A DNA stretch of 64,000 nt. It comes from Prasinococcaceae sp. CCMP 1430. Lineage: Eukaryota; Plantae; Prasinodermophyta. A program made the translations under genes and the position numbers. Location: NCBI GenBank assembly GCA_013416795.1, contig RQSC01000024.1:113258-177257 (forward strand). Direction: 5' to 3'. This document shows, piece by piece, positions 9,959 to 22,692 of the stretch; positions within the stretch are counted from its first letter, which is position 1; each line of letters starts with the position of its first letter. The notes under the pieces are model-generated. The model saw nothing but the letters and a program-made list of their open reading frames with translations, was not told the origin of the DNA and searched no databases.

Positions 9959-11254
9959 CTAGAGCTCCTCCCTCAGGCTGCTGCGCACGGCATACTTGGC
10001 CTCGGCGTCCTCCTTGGCTGCGAGCTGGTATCTGAACTCGGGGGGGGGAACACGGTGGAAGACCTCGTAGTAGGCGGTCACGTTCGTCGGGAGATGGTAG
10101 CCAGCTGCGCCTGCGTAGGCAGTCACGTACGGGTGTGGGTTATGCGCGTGCATAGCCTGTGCAAGCTGGGCGGCGTTGGCACCACCAGGCGAGGGTGGCA
10201 GGCGTGGCGCGTGCACGGGGCCGCGCCAGCACGCTGCGTCGTCCTCCTCGACGCCGCCTACGCACAGGTCGGCGCCACACAGTGCCGCGCAGCTCCTCGA
10301 TGGCACAGGCAGCAGCAGTGCAGCACCAAGTTCCCCTGTGCCCTCGCCGCCCAGCGTGCGCCGACGCACGCCCGGCCGCGAGTACTCGAGTGTGAGGGCG
10401 GAGGGGCCATCGTTGTGGGTGTACTCTACGCGGAGCGTGCGCTCCCCTTCGTGCAAGCGAACGTGCGCCCACGCGGTGGCCACGCCGTCGGCTACGCGCG
10501 TGCCGCTGCCAGGTGGCGAGCTGGCGCTGCTGGCGTCGCTGTCTGCCCCCGCCCCCACGCGGACGACCTCAGCACCGTCTATCCAGAGCCTCGCCGCGTC
10601 GCCCAGCTCCCCCCCGCCCGCGTCCGCGGCTACCGACAGGTATATCGTGTAGGTGCGGTCGCGAGGCACGGCCAGCCGCGCGTGCACACGCGCGCCGAAG
10701 CCGCGCGAGTATGTCGCACCGTCAAACCGCGTGTATGCCGGCTGCACGCTCGCGTTAAAAGCGGCAACCTCGCTCCAAGCCATTGTCCCGTCCGCCAGAG
10801 GCCAGTCGACGGCAGTTGCGTACGTCACAAGGTCGGGCGTCAGCTGCGCGAGATCAGGGAGGCGCGACTGGGAGTAGAGCTTAAATGCCTCCAGTCGAAC
10901 TCCGGGCGCATGCTCTTGGTCGAGTAGCCAGGGCACCTCGGCGCTGAGGCCCTCGAGGTGGTCGACAGGGAGGCCCGCGAGGGGCTCTGCTGCGCCGCCC
11001 TCCCCTGCCACGAGCGGGCCGAGGTCGGTTTTAGCACCTGCGAGCTCGGCAGCCGTCGGCCTCCCTTGCGTGCTCTCGTAGCGCGGGTCGACGGCTGGCG
11101 CGACGAGCTCGCGCCTCTCCCTCGCGCGCGCGCGGTAGCCCGCACCCTCCTGCGCGCTTGCGCGCTCGAGAGCGGGGACGAGCGAAAGCGCGAGCGCCAG
11201 CGCCAGGAGGACGGCGTGACGCGCGATCTGGGCGCGCGCTCGCCGGGGCACCAT
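9959..11254 (-). CDS. Secreted PA14-domain protein
   Basis: Signal peptide (HAVLLALALALSLVPALERASA) and PA14-like motifs (FGARVHARLAVPRDRTYTIYL...DAARLWIDG...LHEGERTLRVEY...LTLEYSRPG). Confidence 0.7.
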   Translation of the reverse strand: MVPRRARAQIARHAVLLALALALSLVPALERASAQEGAGYRARARERRELVAPAVDPRYESTQGRPTAAELAGAKTDLGPLVAGEGGAAEPLAGLPVDHLEGLSAEVPWLLDQEHAPGVRLEAFKLYSQSRLPDLAQLTPDLVTYATAVDWPLADGTMAWSEVAAFNASVQPAYTRFDGATYSRGFGARVHARLAVPRDRTYTIYLSVAADAGGGELGDAARLWIDGAEVVRVGAGADSDASSASSPPGSGTRVADGVATAWAHVRLHEGERTLRVEYTHNDGPSALTLEYSRPGVRRRTLGGEGTGELGAALLLPVPSRSCAALCGADLCVGGVEEDDAACWRGPVHAPRLPPSPGGANAAQLAQAMHAHNPHPYVTAYAGAAGYHLPTNVTAYYEVFHRVPPPEFRYQLAAKEDAEAKYAVRSSLREEL

Positions 11255-11548
11255 CGCGGCCCGCGCCCGTCCGCGTCCGGCGCCGCTGCAGTCCGCGCGC
11301 TCGCGAACACCGCTACCGGCCGCGACCGCGGGCGCTGGCGCCGGTGAGGGGCCGGGCGCCCCCCTCGCTAGCCGCCGCGCGCATGCCAACGCCGCGCCCA
11401 GAGCGTGTGGCAGCAGGCGGCCTACGGCGGTTCCCCCAGCAATCGATCGTGACGGGTATTTTACTTGTACAAGGGAGTGAGTTTTGATACGGACTTGTCG
11501 CCAGCTGTCTCGCAGTTGACCTGCTGCTCCGCTCTGCTCCTGCGTGCA

Positions 11549-14227
11549 TCAGCACGCGACCGCACGCCCGACGGGGTCGAAGTCGCCGTGGGGCCGCGCA
11601 TCGTACACGATGCGTTGTACCACCGGATTGGGTGGCGCGAGGGCCGGCGCAGTGACGTAGCCGACGCCGGCACGCGCGGGCGCGCGCGTGTTCGAGCGCG
11701 CTCGCGTGCGCGCCGAGGCGCGAGCGTACACGTGTGCAGGCAGCCGGCGCCCCTCGATCCAAGATATGGTGGGCGCCATGTAGCTCGGCACGCGCGCCTC
11801 GGCGTGCACCGCGCGCATGCGCAGCGGTTGCGCCCTCGTTGACGCGCTGCCCACCGCATCCGCGCCCGATGCGGGGACCGTCGATGGGCGCGCCGTCCGG
11901 TGAACGTGTGCGCGTGAGCGAGAACGAGCGGGCTTCTGCGCGACGCTGTCGGTCGCGCCAGTGTAGTATGACGCCGCGTCTGCCTCGACGGCCTGCGTCC
12001 GCGTGCTGAGTGTCGGCGCTCGAGGGCGCGCAGGCATGGGGGCGGTCGCCTCAGCTGGCACGGTAGCCGGTGAGAGCCCGTGCGGCTCGGCGGTGCCTTG
12101 CGCAACCTTGGCCGCGAGCTCGCTGACCCGCTGTGCGTGGAGCCTGCGCTCAGCGTCGAGCAGATCGGCCGCCTCCCGTGCGTGCGCCCTCGCGTGCGCA
12201 TTCACTCCCACACTGGTCTTGACAGCGTCGGCACGCGCCTCGGCCGCTTCCGCGCGCGCCTCGGCCGCCTCGGCGCGCTCGACCTGCTCGCTGAGCATGC
12301 GCATGGCCTCGACAGCACGACCCATCTTGTCGGCCATACCTGCGACGGTCCCGGCGTGCTCGGCGCGCTCCGCCTCCAGGAGCGCCATCAGCTCCGCTGA
12401 CACGTCGTCGGAGGGGAGCTGCTGCGGTGTCCCGACGGCATCCGCCGCGCCCGCGGCCTCGAGTTGCGCCACGCGCGCCTCGGCGGCTTCCGCGCGATCC
12501 TCGAGCACCGCTACTATCTCGACTGCGCGTTGCATCTTGGACGCCAGGTCCTGCACCTGCTCGAAGTGCTCCTTGCGCTCCTCACCGAAGCGTGCCTGCG
12601 TCTCTTCGGTCTCCTCGAGCTTGTCCTGCAGCATGTTGACCACCCCGACGGCCGATTCGAGCTTTCCCACCAACGCGTTCACAGCCGAAGAGTGCTCGCG
12701 CCGCTCGGCAATCAGGAGTGCCTCGGACGAAGCGAGTGCGGCGGCGGCGGCACCGCTGCTGCCACCCTCGCCGCCGGCCCTAGCCTCTTCGATCACCGCC
12801 AAGCGCGCCTCAGCTGCCTCCGCGCGCGCCACCTGCGCGCGCAGCTGCTCGGTGAGCTGCTCGCACGCCTCGAGGGCGGCGCCCCGCTCGTCGTCGTCAC
12901 TTCCGGCGCCGCCCGCGACGCTCTCCCTGACCTCGCGAAGCTGCGCCGAGGTGCGCTCGCACAGCTCGAGCGCCGCGCCGCGCGCGGCCTCCGACTGCTC
13001 GAGGCGCTCCTGGTGCACCGAGAGCTGCGCGTGGAGGTCCTCGGCAAGTCCTATGGCGCGCTCTCGCTCGCGCTCAGACTGCGCGAGCGTCTCGAGCAGC
13101 TCAGCGGCGTCCTCGCTGCTCAGCCCGCCGTCGAGGCTGACGTCGCGTCCGGTTTGGGCTTCGGCGCCGCCCTCCTGCGCGGCCTCCTCACCATCGCCGT
13201 CTACCTTCTCACTCTCGCCGTCGGCCTCGATGGGCACTGAGGCGCCCTGCCTGCCGTCTATCTGCGCCTGCAGCAGCTGGCAGAGCTCGACGGCCTTCTC
13301 GCGCTCGCCTTCTGCTTGCAGAAGCAGCTTCTCGAGCTGCTGCGTGCGCTGGTCGCGCCGCGCGAGCGCCTCGCTCATCTGCGCGGCGTTGCTGCGCGTG
13401 AGCTCGATTGCGCTGCCCACGGCCGCCTCGAGCTCTCCGATCCGCGCCGTGTGCGCCGCCTCTTTCGCGCTCACCTGTGTGCCCCGAGACTGTCAGCACG
13501 GCGCGCGACCGATCGAGCCGTGCGAGCGATGGACATGATCGTGCGCGTGCGCACCGCCACCACCACTTACCCACGCACGCACGCACGCACGCACGGGCGG
13601 GTGCACGCACGCGCTCGCGCGCACAACAAGCGAGCGAGCGAGAGAAGCGCGCGCGGGCGCGCGCACGAGTGGGGCACGCACCTCGGCGAGGCGTGCCTTG
13701 TACTTCTCGGTCTCGGCCCGAGCTGCCGCCACTGCGGCGCCGTCGCCTCCATCGACGCCGCTGTTGCCGCCGCCGCCGCCGCCGCTATCGCTTCCCCCAT
13801 TACGCTTGGCTTCTGCTAGCGCGGCGTTGGCGTCTTTGAGCTCCTTTTGCAGCGCTGTTTCGCGCTCGTGCGCGGCCTCGACGGCGTCGTGCGCCGCGCG
13901 GATGCGCGCCTCAATGGTGGCATCGGAGGAGCGCTGCGCCTCGTCCAGCGCGCGCACGCGGTCGAGCAGCGCGCCCTGTGCGCCCAGCACGCGTTTGAGC
14001 TCCGCCTCGGCGGCGCCCTGCTCCTCGCGCGCGGCGGCCAGCTGCGCCTCGAGGCGCAGCTCCGTCTCGGTGCGCGCGACGGGCGGCGGCGACGATGCCG
14101 GTGGGGGCGCCCCCACCGGGCTCGGGTTGCCGCCGCCGTCGCTCCCACCGCCATCGCTCCCGCTCGCGGGCGCCGACATGCCGGCGGTCCGCCGCGCCGG
14201 CAGGGCTGTGGCACCCTCGGCACTCAT
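11549..14227 (-). CDS. Long Ala/Glu-rich coiled-coil protein of unknown function; intron 13681-13475
   Basis: Two ORFs with heptad composition join through canonical splice sites. Confidence 0.65.
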
Positions 14228-14629
14228 CCCCGCACCGCCCACCCACGCGCGCCGCCTCCTCCCTTCCTTCCTCCCCTACGCGCACACACTCACACACACA
14301 CGCACGCACGCACACGCGCGCGTGCACGTGCGCGCGCACGCCCCTGTGCGATGCGCGCGCGAATTTCGCGCGTGCCGCGCGCGCGCGCGGGTGCGTTTGG
14401 GGGAACGCAGCCGCATCGATGCAACTCAACTCGCGCACCGCGGGGGATGCGGCGGGCGGCGTGCGTGCGCGTCGTGGGGGCGGGGGTGGGTGGGAGGGTG
14501 GGGGCGTGCGGCGCGCGCGGCCGGGGCGCCACAACAGGTTGACTGTTCACCCCGACCGGTGTTCCGTCTCCCTCTTCGGCCCCCTTCGCACCCTTCGCAC
14601 CCTACCACCTCACCACACCACCTCTAACC

Positions 14630-16264
<1,635 letters not shown>

Positions 16265-16610
16265 GCGTCTCGCCTCTTGCGCCCCGCTCGCATTTCCGCC
16301 TAGCCGCCCGGTGCGCGTGAAACGCCACCACTTCCACGACCACACCACACCACCAAGTAAAAGGCATCCTGCTAGTCAGGTCTTTTCCATCACGACACCA
16401 CCGACTCGTAAGGCATGCGCGCGCGCGCTGTGCTGCGCCCAGCCGCGTGCGCGCGAGAGCGACGTGCCCACACCCAGCCTCGAGCGCTCCCTGCGCGTGC
16501 GCCGAAGGGTTCAAATACACACTTTGAATCTTGGCGCTGCGCTGCAGCGGTACTACGGCGTATGGTACACACAGGCACAGAGGCGAGCATCCGCTGCTCT
16601 AGCCAGCTTC

Positions 16611-17222
16611 TCAGTCCTTGGGTTTCTGATATACAGTCTCCTTCTCGCCAGCAGCCTTTGCCGCCGCGCGCGCGGCGGTGAAGAGGTAGTCGCTCAAGCG
16701 GTTCATGTAGGCGCCGACCTCGCTCTCGATCTTGCAGCTGCGCATGAGCGCCTGCACGCGGCGCTCGGCGCGACGCGCCACGCCGCGCGCCACGTGCAGC
16801 GCAGCACCCGCGCTGCCACCCCCCGGCAGGATGAAGGTCGTAAGCGCGGGCAGGTGTGCGTCGTGCGCGTCGATGAGCGCCTCGAGCCGCTCGGCGCGAC
16901 CCGCGCCGAATGATGCTCGCGCAGCCTTGTACTCGCTGGCTTCACCCAACGGGGTGGCGACCGCTGACCCGACATCGAGGAGGCAGCTCTGCACCGCGGC
17001 GAGCTCCTCGGAGATGGCCAGCAATGCCGCCTCGGACTCGGCGTTGCCGCCCTTGGCCTGCGCCCGTGCCTCCGCGATTACGGCGGCGCGCGCTGAGCCC
17101 ACCGCACAGTTGCACTCGTCCACGTCGCCCAGCGCCTCGAACACGGCGTCATCCTTGGGTGCACGCCGCCCCGTGTACAGCGAGCTCTCGCCCGCGTCGC
17201 CTGTGCGCGTATAGATCTTCAT
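16611..17222 (-). CDS. MMAB: Cob(I)alamin adenosyltransferase (PduO/MMAB family)
   Basis: MKIYTRTGDAGESSL, FILPGG, ARRAERR, YMNRLSDYLF. Confidence 0.95.
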   Translation of the reverse strand: MKIYTRTGDAGESSLYTGRRAPKDDAVFEALGDVDECNCAVGSARAAVIAEARAQAKGGNAESEAALLAISEELAAVQSCLLDVGSAVATPLGEASEYKAARASFGAGRAERLEALIDAHDAHLPALTTFILPGGGSAGAALHVARGVARRAERRVQALMRSCKIESEVGAYMNRLSDYLFTAARAAAKAAGEKETVYQKPKD

Positions 17223-17430
17223 CGCCGCGCTGGCGCGGGCGCCGACGTGCGCTTGCCGCCGTCACCATCGCTATCCGTGTCCTCCACATCCGCATCCGCG
17301 TCGTTGCATCGTGTGGCGCGCGCGCCGCGCGCCCCGGTGACCCGCAGAGCGGCTGCCCGCGCCCGCGCGCGCACACTGCGGCCGATCACCTCCACAGACC
17401 ACTGGAAGCTGCCGGAAGACCCGACGAAAC

Positions 17431-17527
17431 TAGGGTTTACAAAGAAGGATCGTCAAATGTACCATCAGATGGTAGCGTGCGCCACGCTGGGTATTCCTAG
17501 CTGGCTAGCCCCTAAACAAAACCCTAA
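17431..17527. promoter_or_regulatory. Telo-box pair (TAGGGTTT 17431; AAACCCTAA 17519) enclosing palindrome TACCATCAGATGGTA (17460-17474)
   Basis: Seen directly, about 210-300 bp upstream of the MMAB start. Confidence 0.5.
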
Positions 17528-17695
17528 CCTGTCAAACGGCGCCGTCACGAGGGCGCGCGTGTGCTAGGGCTGTCTTAGGCGCTGCTCCGTGTCACGATCA
17601 TTGCAGTTGTCACACATACCTCCGTCGCGCATCCGCCGCCTACCAGCGCCCCCCCGCTGTTGCCGTCTGACCCGCACGATCTCTCGAGGTCCATT

Positions 17696-19324
17696 TCACA
17701 GGGCCATCAAGTAGTACGTCTTGTTCGCGTTGAAGCCGTCGGGGCAGAAGGTTCTCTTGTGATCAGTAAAGGCCATGTTCCACATGAGCACGACCTGGCA
17801 GGCAGAGAAGGCCTCGCGCGGCATGCGGTCCACGTGCGGGAAACCAGGATGCATGTACTTGGCCCACCTGTCCGCCGTGTTGTACGCCAAAATGTCGACG
17901 CCCGGGGGGCTGGGCGCCCACGGCTCCGCCAGCAGCGGATGGGCGCAGTCCAAAATGCGGTCGTCGGGCATCCTGTACTTGGAGGTGCCAAAGGTGAACG
18001 GCTTGTCGGGCCCGTCATGGAAGATCTTGTACGTTGCGCAATAATGCATGAGCGTGGGGAGCTCGGCGCTAGGGTCGGTCGAGTGCACAGGCGTGTGGCA
18101 GCGGCACGGGTGCTGCGCGCCCAGCGGCGCGCTCTCATCGAGGTACGCGTCGTCGATCCACTGCCAACCCTCGATGCTTCCCTTGTGCGAGCCGCCAGCC
18201 CTTGCGTTCCTCGGCACGCCAAGCGGATCGCTAATTGCTAGGTTCTCTACGCGGTCATGCTCAAGTCCAAGGTGCGCCGCGGCCATGCTGTACGCCCACA
18301 TGTCCGCCATAATCGAGGGCTCCCTCGCATGCACGAGCGGCGTGAGCGTGGACCACAACGGCGCGAGCTTTCCCATGTCCCCCGCTGCCATCATGTAGGG
18401 CGCGCCGACGCTGTAGTGCCGAACCATGTACTCATTCTCCTCCGCCTCTCGCCTCACGGCCGCTTGGCACCCCTCGCTCGAGTCCTTTCCCCAGAGTTCT
18501 TCGCATATGCTCACGTACTTGGCGAAACCTCCGATGCCGTATCCCTGCCCGACGGGCTTGCCCGGCACGGCGACGGTGCGGTCTTCACTCCAGTGCTTCA
18601 GGGTGGCGGGGCGCTCGAGTGCCTCAATCTGCGTGAGCGGCTTCATGAACATCTGGTCGGGATCGAGCACCACCAGGATGACGTCGTCTTGGATGGGTGG
18701 ATCGGCGTTCTGCAGCCAGTGCGTGAGGCCGTCCGGCCGATTCTGCTGCGGGTACGAGTCGCGCAGCTTTGGTGCGAAGACGGTGGTGAGCCCATCGCGC
18801 GGCTGGTTGATGATGAGCACGCGCTGCTTGGCGGCCTCGTCTGGGCAGTCAGACACGATGCGCGTAAAGTGTCCGCGCTGGCCCACCAAGCGCGCGCTCC
18901 CGATGAGCGCCACGCTCTGCCAATGCTGGAAAGGTCGACAGTCCGTAGAGAACACAAAGTGCAACTTGGCCGCGATGACCGCGCCGTCCTCCTCGGAGGT
19001 GGTGGCCCCCGGCAAACCTAGCAGGGACGTGTCGAAGAGGCGCTCCGCCATGCCCGCGACGACGCGCGTATCCTCCGCCAGCACCTCCTGCAGGTCGCGT
19101 ACGCTGCTGATGGACTGAACGCTGCGTGCCGAGCCCCCCGACGCGACGTTCACGAGCGCCATCAGGGCGGCGGCCAGCAAGGCCGCGCAGAGCACGATGC
19201 CGCCGACGACCGCGCAGCCTCGCACGAGGCCGCGCATGCACTGCCGCGTGCCCTCGCGCTGCTGCTGACGCGCGGCTGCCCGTCGTCCCGCGAGCGTGTT
19301 CGTGAGCGGCAGCGAGGCCGCCAT
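17696..19324 (-). CDS. Type II membrane glycosyltransferase, HPAT / Ser O-galactosyltransferase (SGT1) family
   Basis: N-terminal TM helix; LHFVFSTDC...WQS...FTRIVSDC, YPQQNRPDG, DPDQMF, MADMWAYSMAAAHLGL. Confidence 0.8.
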   Translation of the reverse strand: MAASLPLTNTLAGRRAAARQQQREGTRQCMRGLVRGCAVVGGIVLCAALLAAALMALVNVASGGSARSVQSISSVRDLQEVLAEDTRVVAGMAERLFDTSLLGLPGATTSEEDGAVIAAKLHFVFSTDCRPFQHWQSVALIGSARLVGQRGHFTRIVSDCPDEAAKQRVLIINQPRDGLTTVFAPKLRDSYPQQNRPDGLTHWLQNADPPIQDDVILVVLDPDQMFMKPLTQIEALERPATLKHWSEDRTVAVPGKPVGQGYGIGGFAKYVSICEELWGKDSSEGCQAAVRREAEENEYMVRHYSVGAPYMMAAGDMGKLAPLWSTLTPLVHAREPSIMADMWAYSMAAAHLGLEHDRVENLAISDPLGVPRNARAGGSHKGSIEGWQWIDDAYLDESAPLGAQHPCRCHTPVHSTDPSAELPTLMHYCATYKIFHDGPDKPFTFGTSKYRMPDDRILDCAHPLLAEPWAPSPPGVDILAYNTADRWAKYMHPGFPHVDRMPREAFSACQVVLMWNMAFTDHKRTFCPDGFNANKTYYLMAL

Positions 19325-19963
19325 CGCGCCCAACAGCCCCGTCGCGCCCGCGCGCCCCACCCGCGCCCCGACCAGCTCCGCTCCTCGTCCGCCTTGTTGG
19401 CGGCNGGTGACGCATGGTCTGCTGGTGGATGCACTGTGGGCCAGCGGCAGGCGTGCTGACGCAGTGGCGCCCCCTGCCAGCGCCCTCGCGTCAACACCCG
19501 CCGCCTGCCTTCGCGAGCAGCCCAACAAGGCAACAACAACAACACGCAGGCAAAGCCAATTCGCGCATCGTCGTTGTCGATGCTGCTGTTGTTGTTGTTG
19601 TTGTTGCTGGAAAGGGCGCCTCTCGTGCCGAAAAATTGGATCTTGAGCGGGGCTTGCAGCGGGGCCGCCCGTCCGGCCGTCCCGCATCGACGCGGCGGTA
19701 AATGGAGTCAAATGCTGGCTTCGGCGGTCTACTGCGCCCGAACGCTTTGAGCTGCCTTATCCATTGGCGGCGGCGAGAGCGCGCTGCGCTGCCGCGGCGC
19801 CACACTACACTGTCTGCGCGGGCGGCGGTGGGTGTGTGTGGGCGAGGTCGTGCGCGCACGGGGGGGGGGGAAGGAAGCGCCAGCTCAGCGCAGCGCGCAG
19901 CGCGAGACCGCCGACCCCTCGGAAAAAGACCCTTCAGAATCGTTGGGACCAGCCGCTGATGTT

Positions 19964-19978
19964 TACCATCTGATGGTA
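19964..19978. promoter_or_regulatory. Palindrome TACCATCTGATGGTA in divergent intergenic region
   Basis: Second of three copies in the window. Confidence 0.5.
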
Positions 19979-20160
19979 CGACAGAGCACCCTCATGGTAT
20001 CACTGCACGGGGAGCACGCCGGGCCCCAGTGACCGTGACGGCAGGCAACAGCGAGGGTGCGACGTGGCCGACGCGTGAAAGAAAAAAATGATGGTGCGTG
20101 TATGGGAATTTGACTTCCCGTGGGTATGTTTGATGTAATTTTTAATGTATGAATTGATGA

Positions 20161-20697
20161 GTGGTCGGGGAGGAGCGGCGGACGGGCGGAGGGCGGAGGG
20201 CGGGTGGCCGGATGGATGGCGTTGGCCGCTGGGGGGGTGGGGTGTGCGCAGTGCCTGGGCGCGCGCCAGCGGGCGAAGGCCGGCGGCGCTGCGTGGTGCG
20301 GGCGAGCAGCAATGGCGGCGGAGGCGCGGGCGAGGCGGGGGGGCGCGAGCGCTTCGAGCTTATCGCTGGCGCAGCGGGCGTGCTCTCATCCGCCGTCGTC
20401 TGCTGGAGCGAGTACACACTGCGCGTGACGGGCTGTGGCCTTCCCCCTGGGCCCGGCGGCTCGCTGGGCGCGCTCGAGGGCGTGAGCTACCTATGCGTGG
20501 GCTCCATCTTCCTGTGGTCGCTCGTCAAGAAGGCGCGCACGGGCGAGGGGCTTCCGAACGGTCCCGGCGGGTTGCTCGGCGCGGCAGGCGAGACTAGCTT
20601 CCTAGTGGTGCTGGGCGGCTTCACCCTGCTCGGACTGCAGACGCAGGAGTACGGCTACATCCCGGGATTCTTCCCTGATGCGAACTGCTTCGGCTAG
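20161..20697 (+). CDS. Conserved algal/plant plastid membrane protein; start codon unresolved
   Basis: WSEYTLRVTGCGLPPGPGGSLGALEGVSYL...GLPNGPGGLLGAAGETSF; three hydrophobic segments. Confidence 0.7.
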   Translation: MVGEERRTGGGRRAGGRMDGVGRWGGGVCAVPGRAPAGEGRRRCVVRASSNGGGGAGEAGGRERFELIAGAAGVLSSAVVCWSEYTLRVTGCGLPPGPGGSLGALEGVSYLCVGSIFLWSLVKKARTGEGLPNGPGGLLGAAGETSFLVVLGGFTLLGLQTQEYGYIPGFFPDANCFG

Positions 20698-20857
20698 ATA
20701 TGGAGAGAAGAGAGGGGGTCAGGACGCGCGAGCACTGCCACACCGAGCACTTGCATATCTGTGAGCGAGCGAAGTGCGGCAGCGGCGTTGAATGACAACG
20801 ACGATTTTTGTTACAGTACATGAGAGTGCCCAGGCACGTGCGCTTGCTCCCTCGCCG

Positions 20858-22318
20858 TCATGCCTCGGCGGCCGAAGCGAGCGCCGCCCGCGCAGCGGCT
20901 AGCGCCCCGGCCGCGGTCTGCTCGGTGAGACGCGCGGCCTTGCCCTGCCAGCGCCCCTTCTTGCCGCCCCCGCGGGCATCAACGAGCGGGGCTGCAGCCG
21001 CCGCGGCGGCAGCGACCGCAGCCTCGGGGCCGGCTATGAGAACCAAGCCTTCCTTGCTATCGGGTGAGTTGGACGCGGTCAGCACGACAGTCGCCTCTTC
21101 GCACGCCTTCGTGGCTCCACTCGCAACCGCGCCAAGGAACTGGGCGGATGCCATCGCGGCACTCGACGAGTGCAATGCGCACAGCCTGAGCGAGTCGGCA
21201 GCCGCCTCGGCGCCGAGTTTGCTGCCAAGTGCCTCGGCGAGCTCCACCTGCAACGTCTTGACGTCCTTTGTAAGCTCTCGCTTCTGCAGCAGCGCGACCT
21301 CCGCCCGCTCCGGCAGGTCCTCCGGCGCGCATGAAAAGCTCTTGCACAGCGATGCCTCGCGTGTCAGCCGCGCCGCCGCTTGACGGAGCGCGCGGCCTCC
21401 AGCCACGAAGCGCAGCCGCACCGCACCGCGATTTCGCTCGAGGCCAACGCAGAGGGCGCACTGGAGCTCGGCCAGAGAGCTGACGTGCGTGCCGCCGCAC
21501 GGGCCAAAGTCGACGCCGTCGACTTCAACTAAACGCAGCACGGGGCGGGCGATGAAGTCCAACGTCGACATGTCAAAGGCGGCTCTGGAGCCGCCCTCGT
21601 CGCTGACGCGCATCGCCGCGGGATACTCGGAGGGCGGTGTTGCCGCCGTGATTGCGAAGGATCGCACCTCTCGCGCCTCGCGGATGGCCGCATTGACGCC
21701 CTCTTCGATGGCGGCAGCAGCCGCGGCGTCGAGGCCAAAGTCGTCTGTGTTGGACACGGCAGTATCAGCAGGCTTGAAGTCAACCGCCACAGTCTCCCTG
21801 CCGAGCTCCCACGACACCGTCTCCAGGCCGAGCCGCCGCTCGATCAGCCCCGAAAACGCATGCTGCGCCGTGTGCTGTTGCATGAGATCGAAGCGCCGCC
21901 CCCAGTCGAGGCGCACGCGCACTGCCGCGCCGACAGGCAGCGCCTCGTCAACATAATGAATCGTCGCGCCGTCTTCGGCACGGGTCTGCACGTCGCACAC
22001 GCGGGCGGCCACTGTGGGCGCCCCCGGGTCCGAGGTGACCACGTCGCCGTGGTCGGCAGGTTGCCCGCCCCCCTCGGGGTACAAGCAGCTTCGCGAAAGC
22101 GTCACAGCGAACCTGGCCACTGGCGCGCCCGTCACGTTGCTCCCGCTGCCACCGTCAGCTCCACCCTTGCCCTTCTTCCCCTTCTTCTTGCCCGCCTTCC
22201 TGCTGCCGCCGCTGCCCGCCCCGGCGAGCGGCTCGCAGCCCAGGACCTCAGCGTCGCATTCTCGGAGGTACGAGTCGAGCTGGCACGGCAGGAGCGCGGC
22301 CTCGGCGGCAGCGCCCAT
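20858..22318 (-). CDS. Free-standing alanyl-tRNA editing protein (AlaX) with DHHA1-like C-terminus
   Basis: LYPEGGGQPADHG, MQQHTAQH (HxxxH), PCGGTHV (CxxxH), GGGKKGRWQGK. Confidence 0.9.
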   Translation of the reverse strand: MGAAAEAALLPCQLDSYLRECDAEVLGCEPLAGAGSGGSRKAGKKKGKKGKGGADGGSGSNVTGAPVARFAVTLSRSCLYPEGGGQPADHGDVVTSDPGAPTVAARVCDVQTRAEDGATIHYVDEALPVGAAVRVRLDWGRRFDLMQQHTAQHAFSGLIERRLGLETVSWELGRETVAVDFKPADTAVSNTDDFGLDAAAAAAIEEGVNAAIREAREVRSFAITAATPPSEYPAAMRVSDEGGSRAAFDMSTLDFIARPVLRLVEVDGVDFGPCGGTHVSSLAELQCALCVGLERNRGAVRLRFVAGGRALRQAAARLTREASLCKSFSCAPEDLPERAEVALLQKRELTKDVKTLQVELAEALGSKLGAEAAADSLRLCALHSSSAAMASAQFLGAVASGATKACEEATVVLTASNSPDSKEGLVLIAGPEAAVAAAAAAAAPLVDARGGGKKGRWQGKAARLTEQTAAGALAAARAALASAAEA

Positions 22319-22692
22319 CCGGCCGGCCACGGCGCGCGTGCTTGTGCTTAGGCCGGAGGGGGGCGGCCTGCTCGCTCCGATCCGCAGCACGCGGGCGGGC
22401 GCGGGGGCGCTGGCGGCGACAGAGCGCACCTGCACGCTGTGGCACAGCCTGTGGGGCGGCAGCACTCAGCGCACCAGCGGCGCGACACTTTCTTTCGGCT
22501 GCAGGGCGTTTTCGCGCCCCGGCGAACATCCCATCGGAGCACGCGCGGGCCCCCGGGGGCGTAGGCGCCACACAGCGCCGCCTCGTTGCGCACGAGCGCG
22601 AGCTCGCGCGCGCGCTCGCGCGCGCTCGCGCGCGAGCGCATCTCTTGGTGTGTTCTGCCTCGCATCGCTTGGGTTTGTCGCTGCCGGGGTCG

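Noticed and set aside
20085-20165. Possible box C/D snoRNA (TGATGA)
   Set aside because: No convincing D box or terminal stem.
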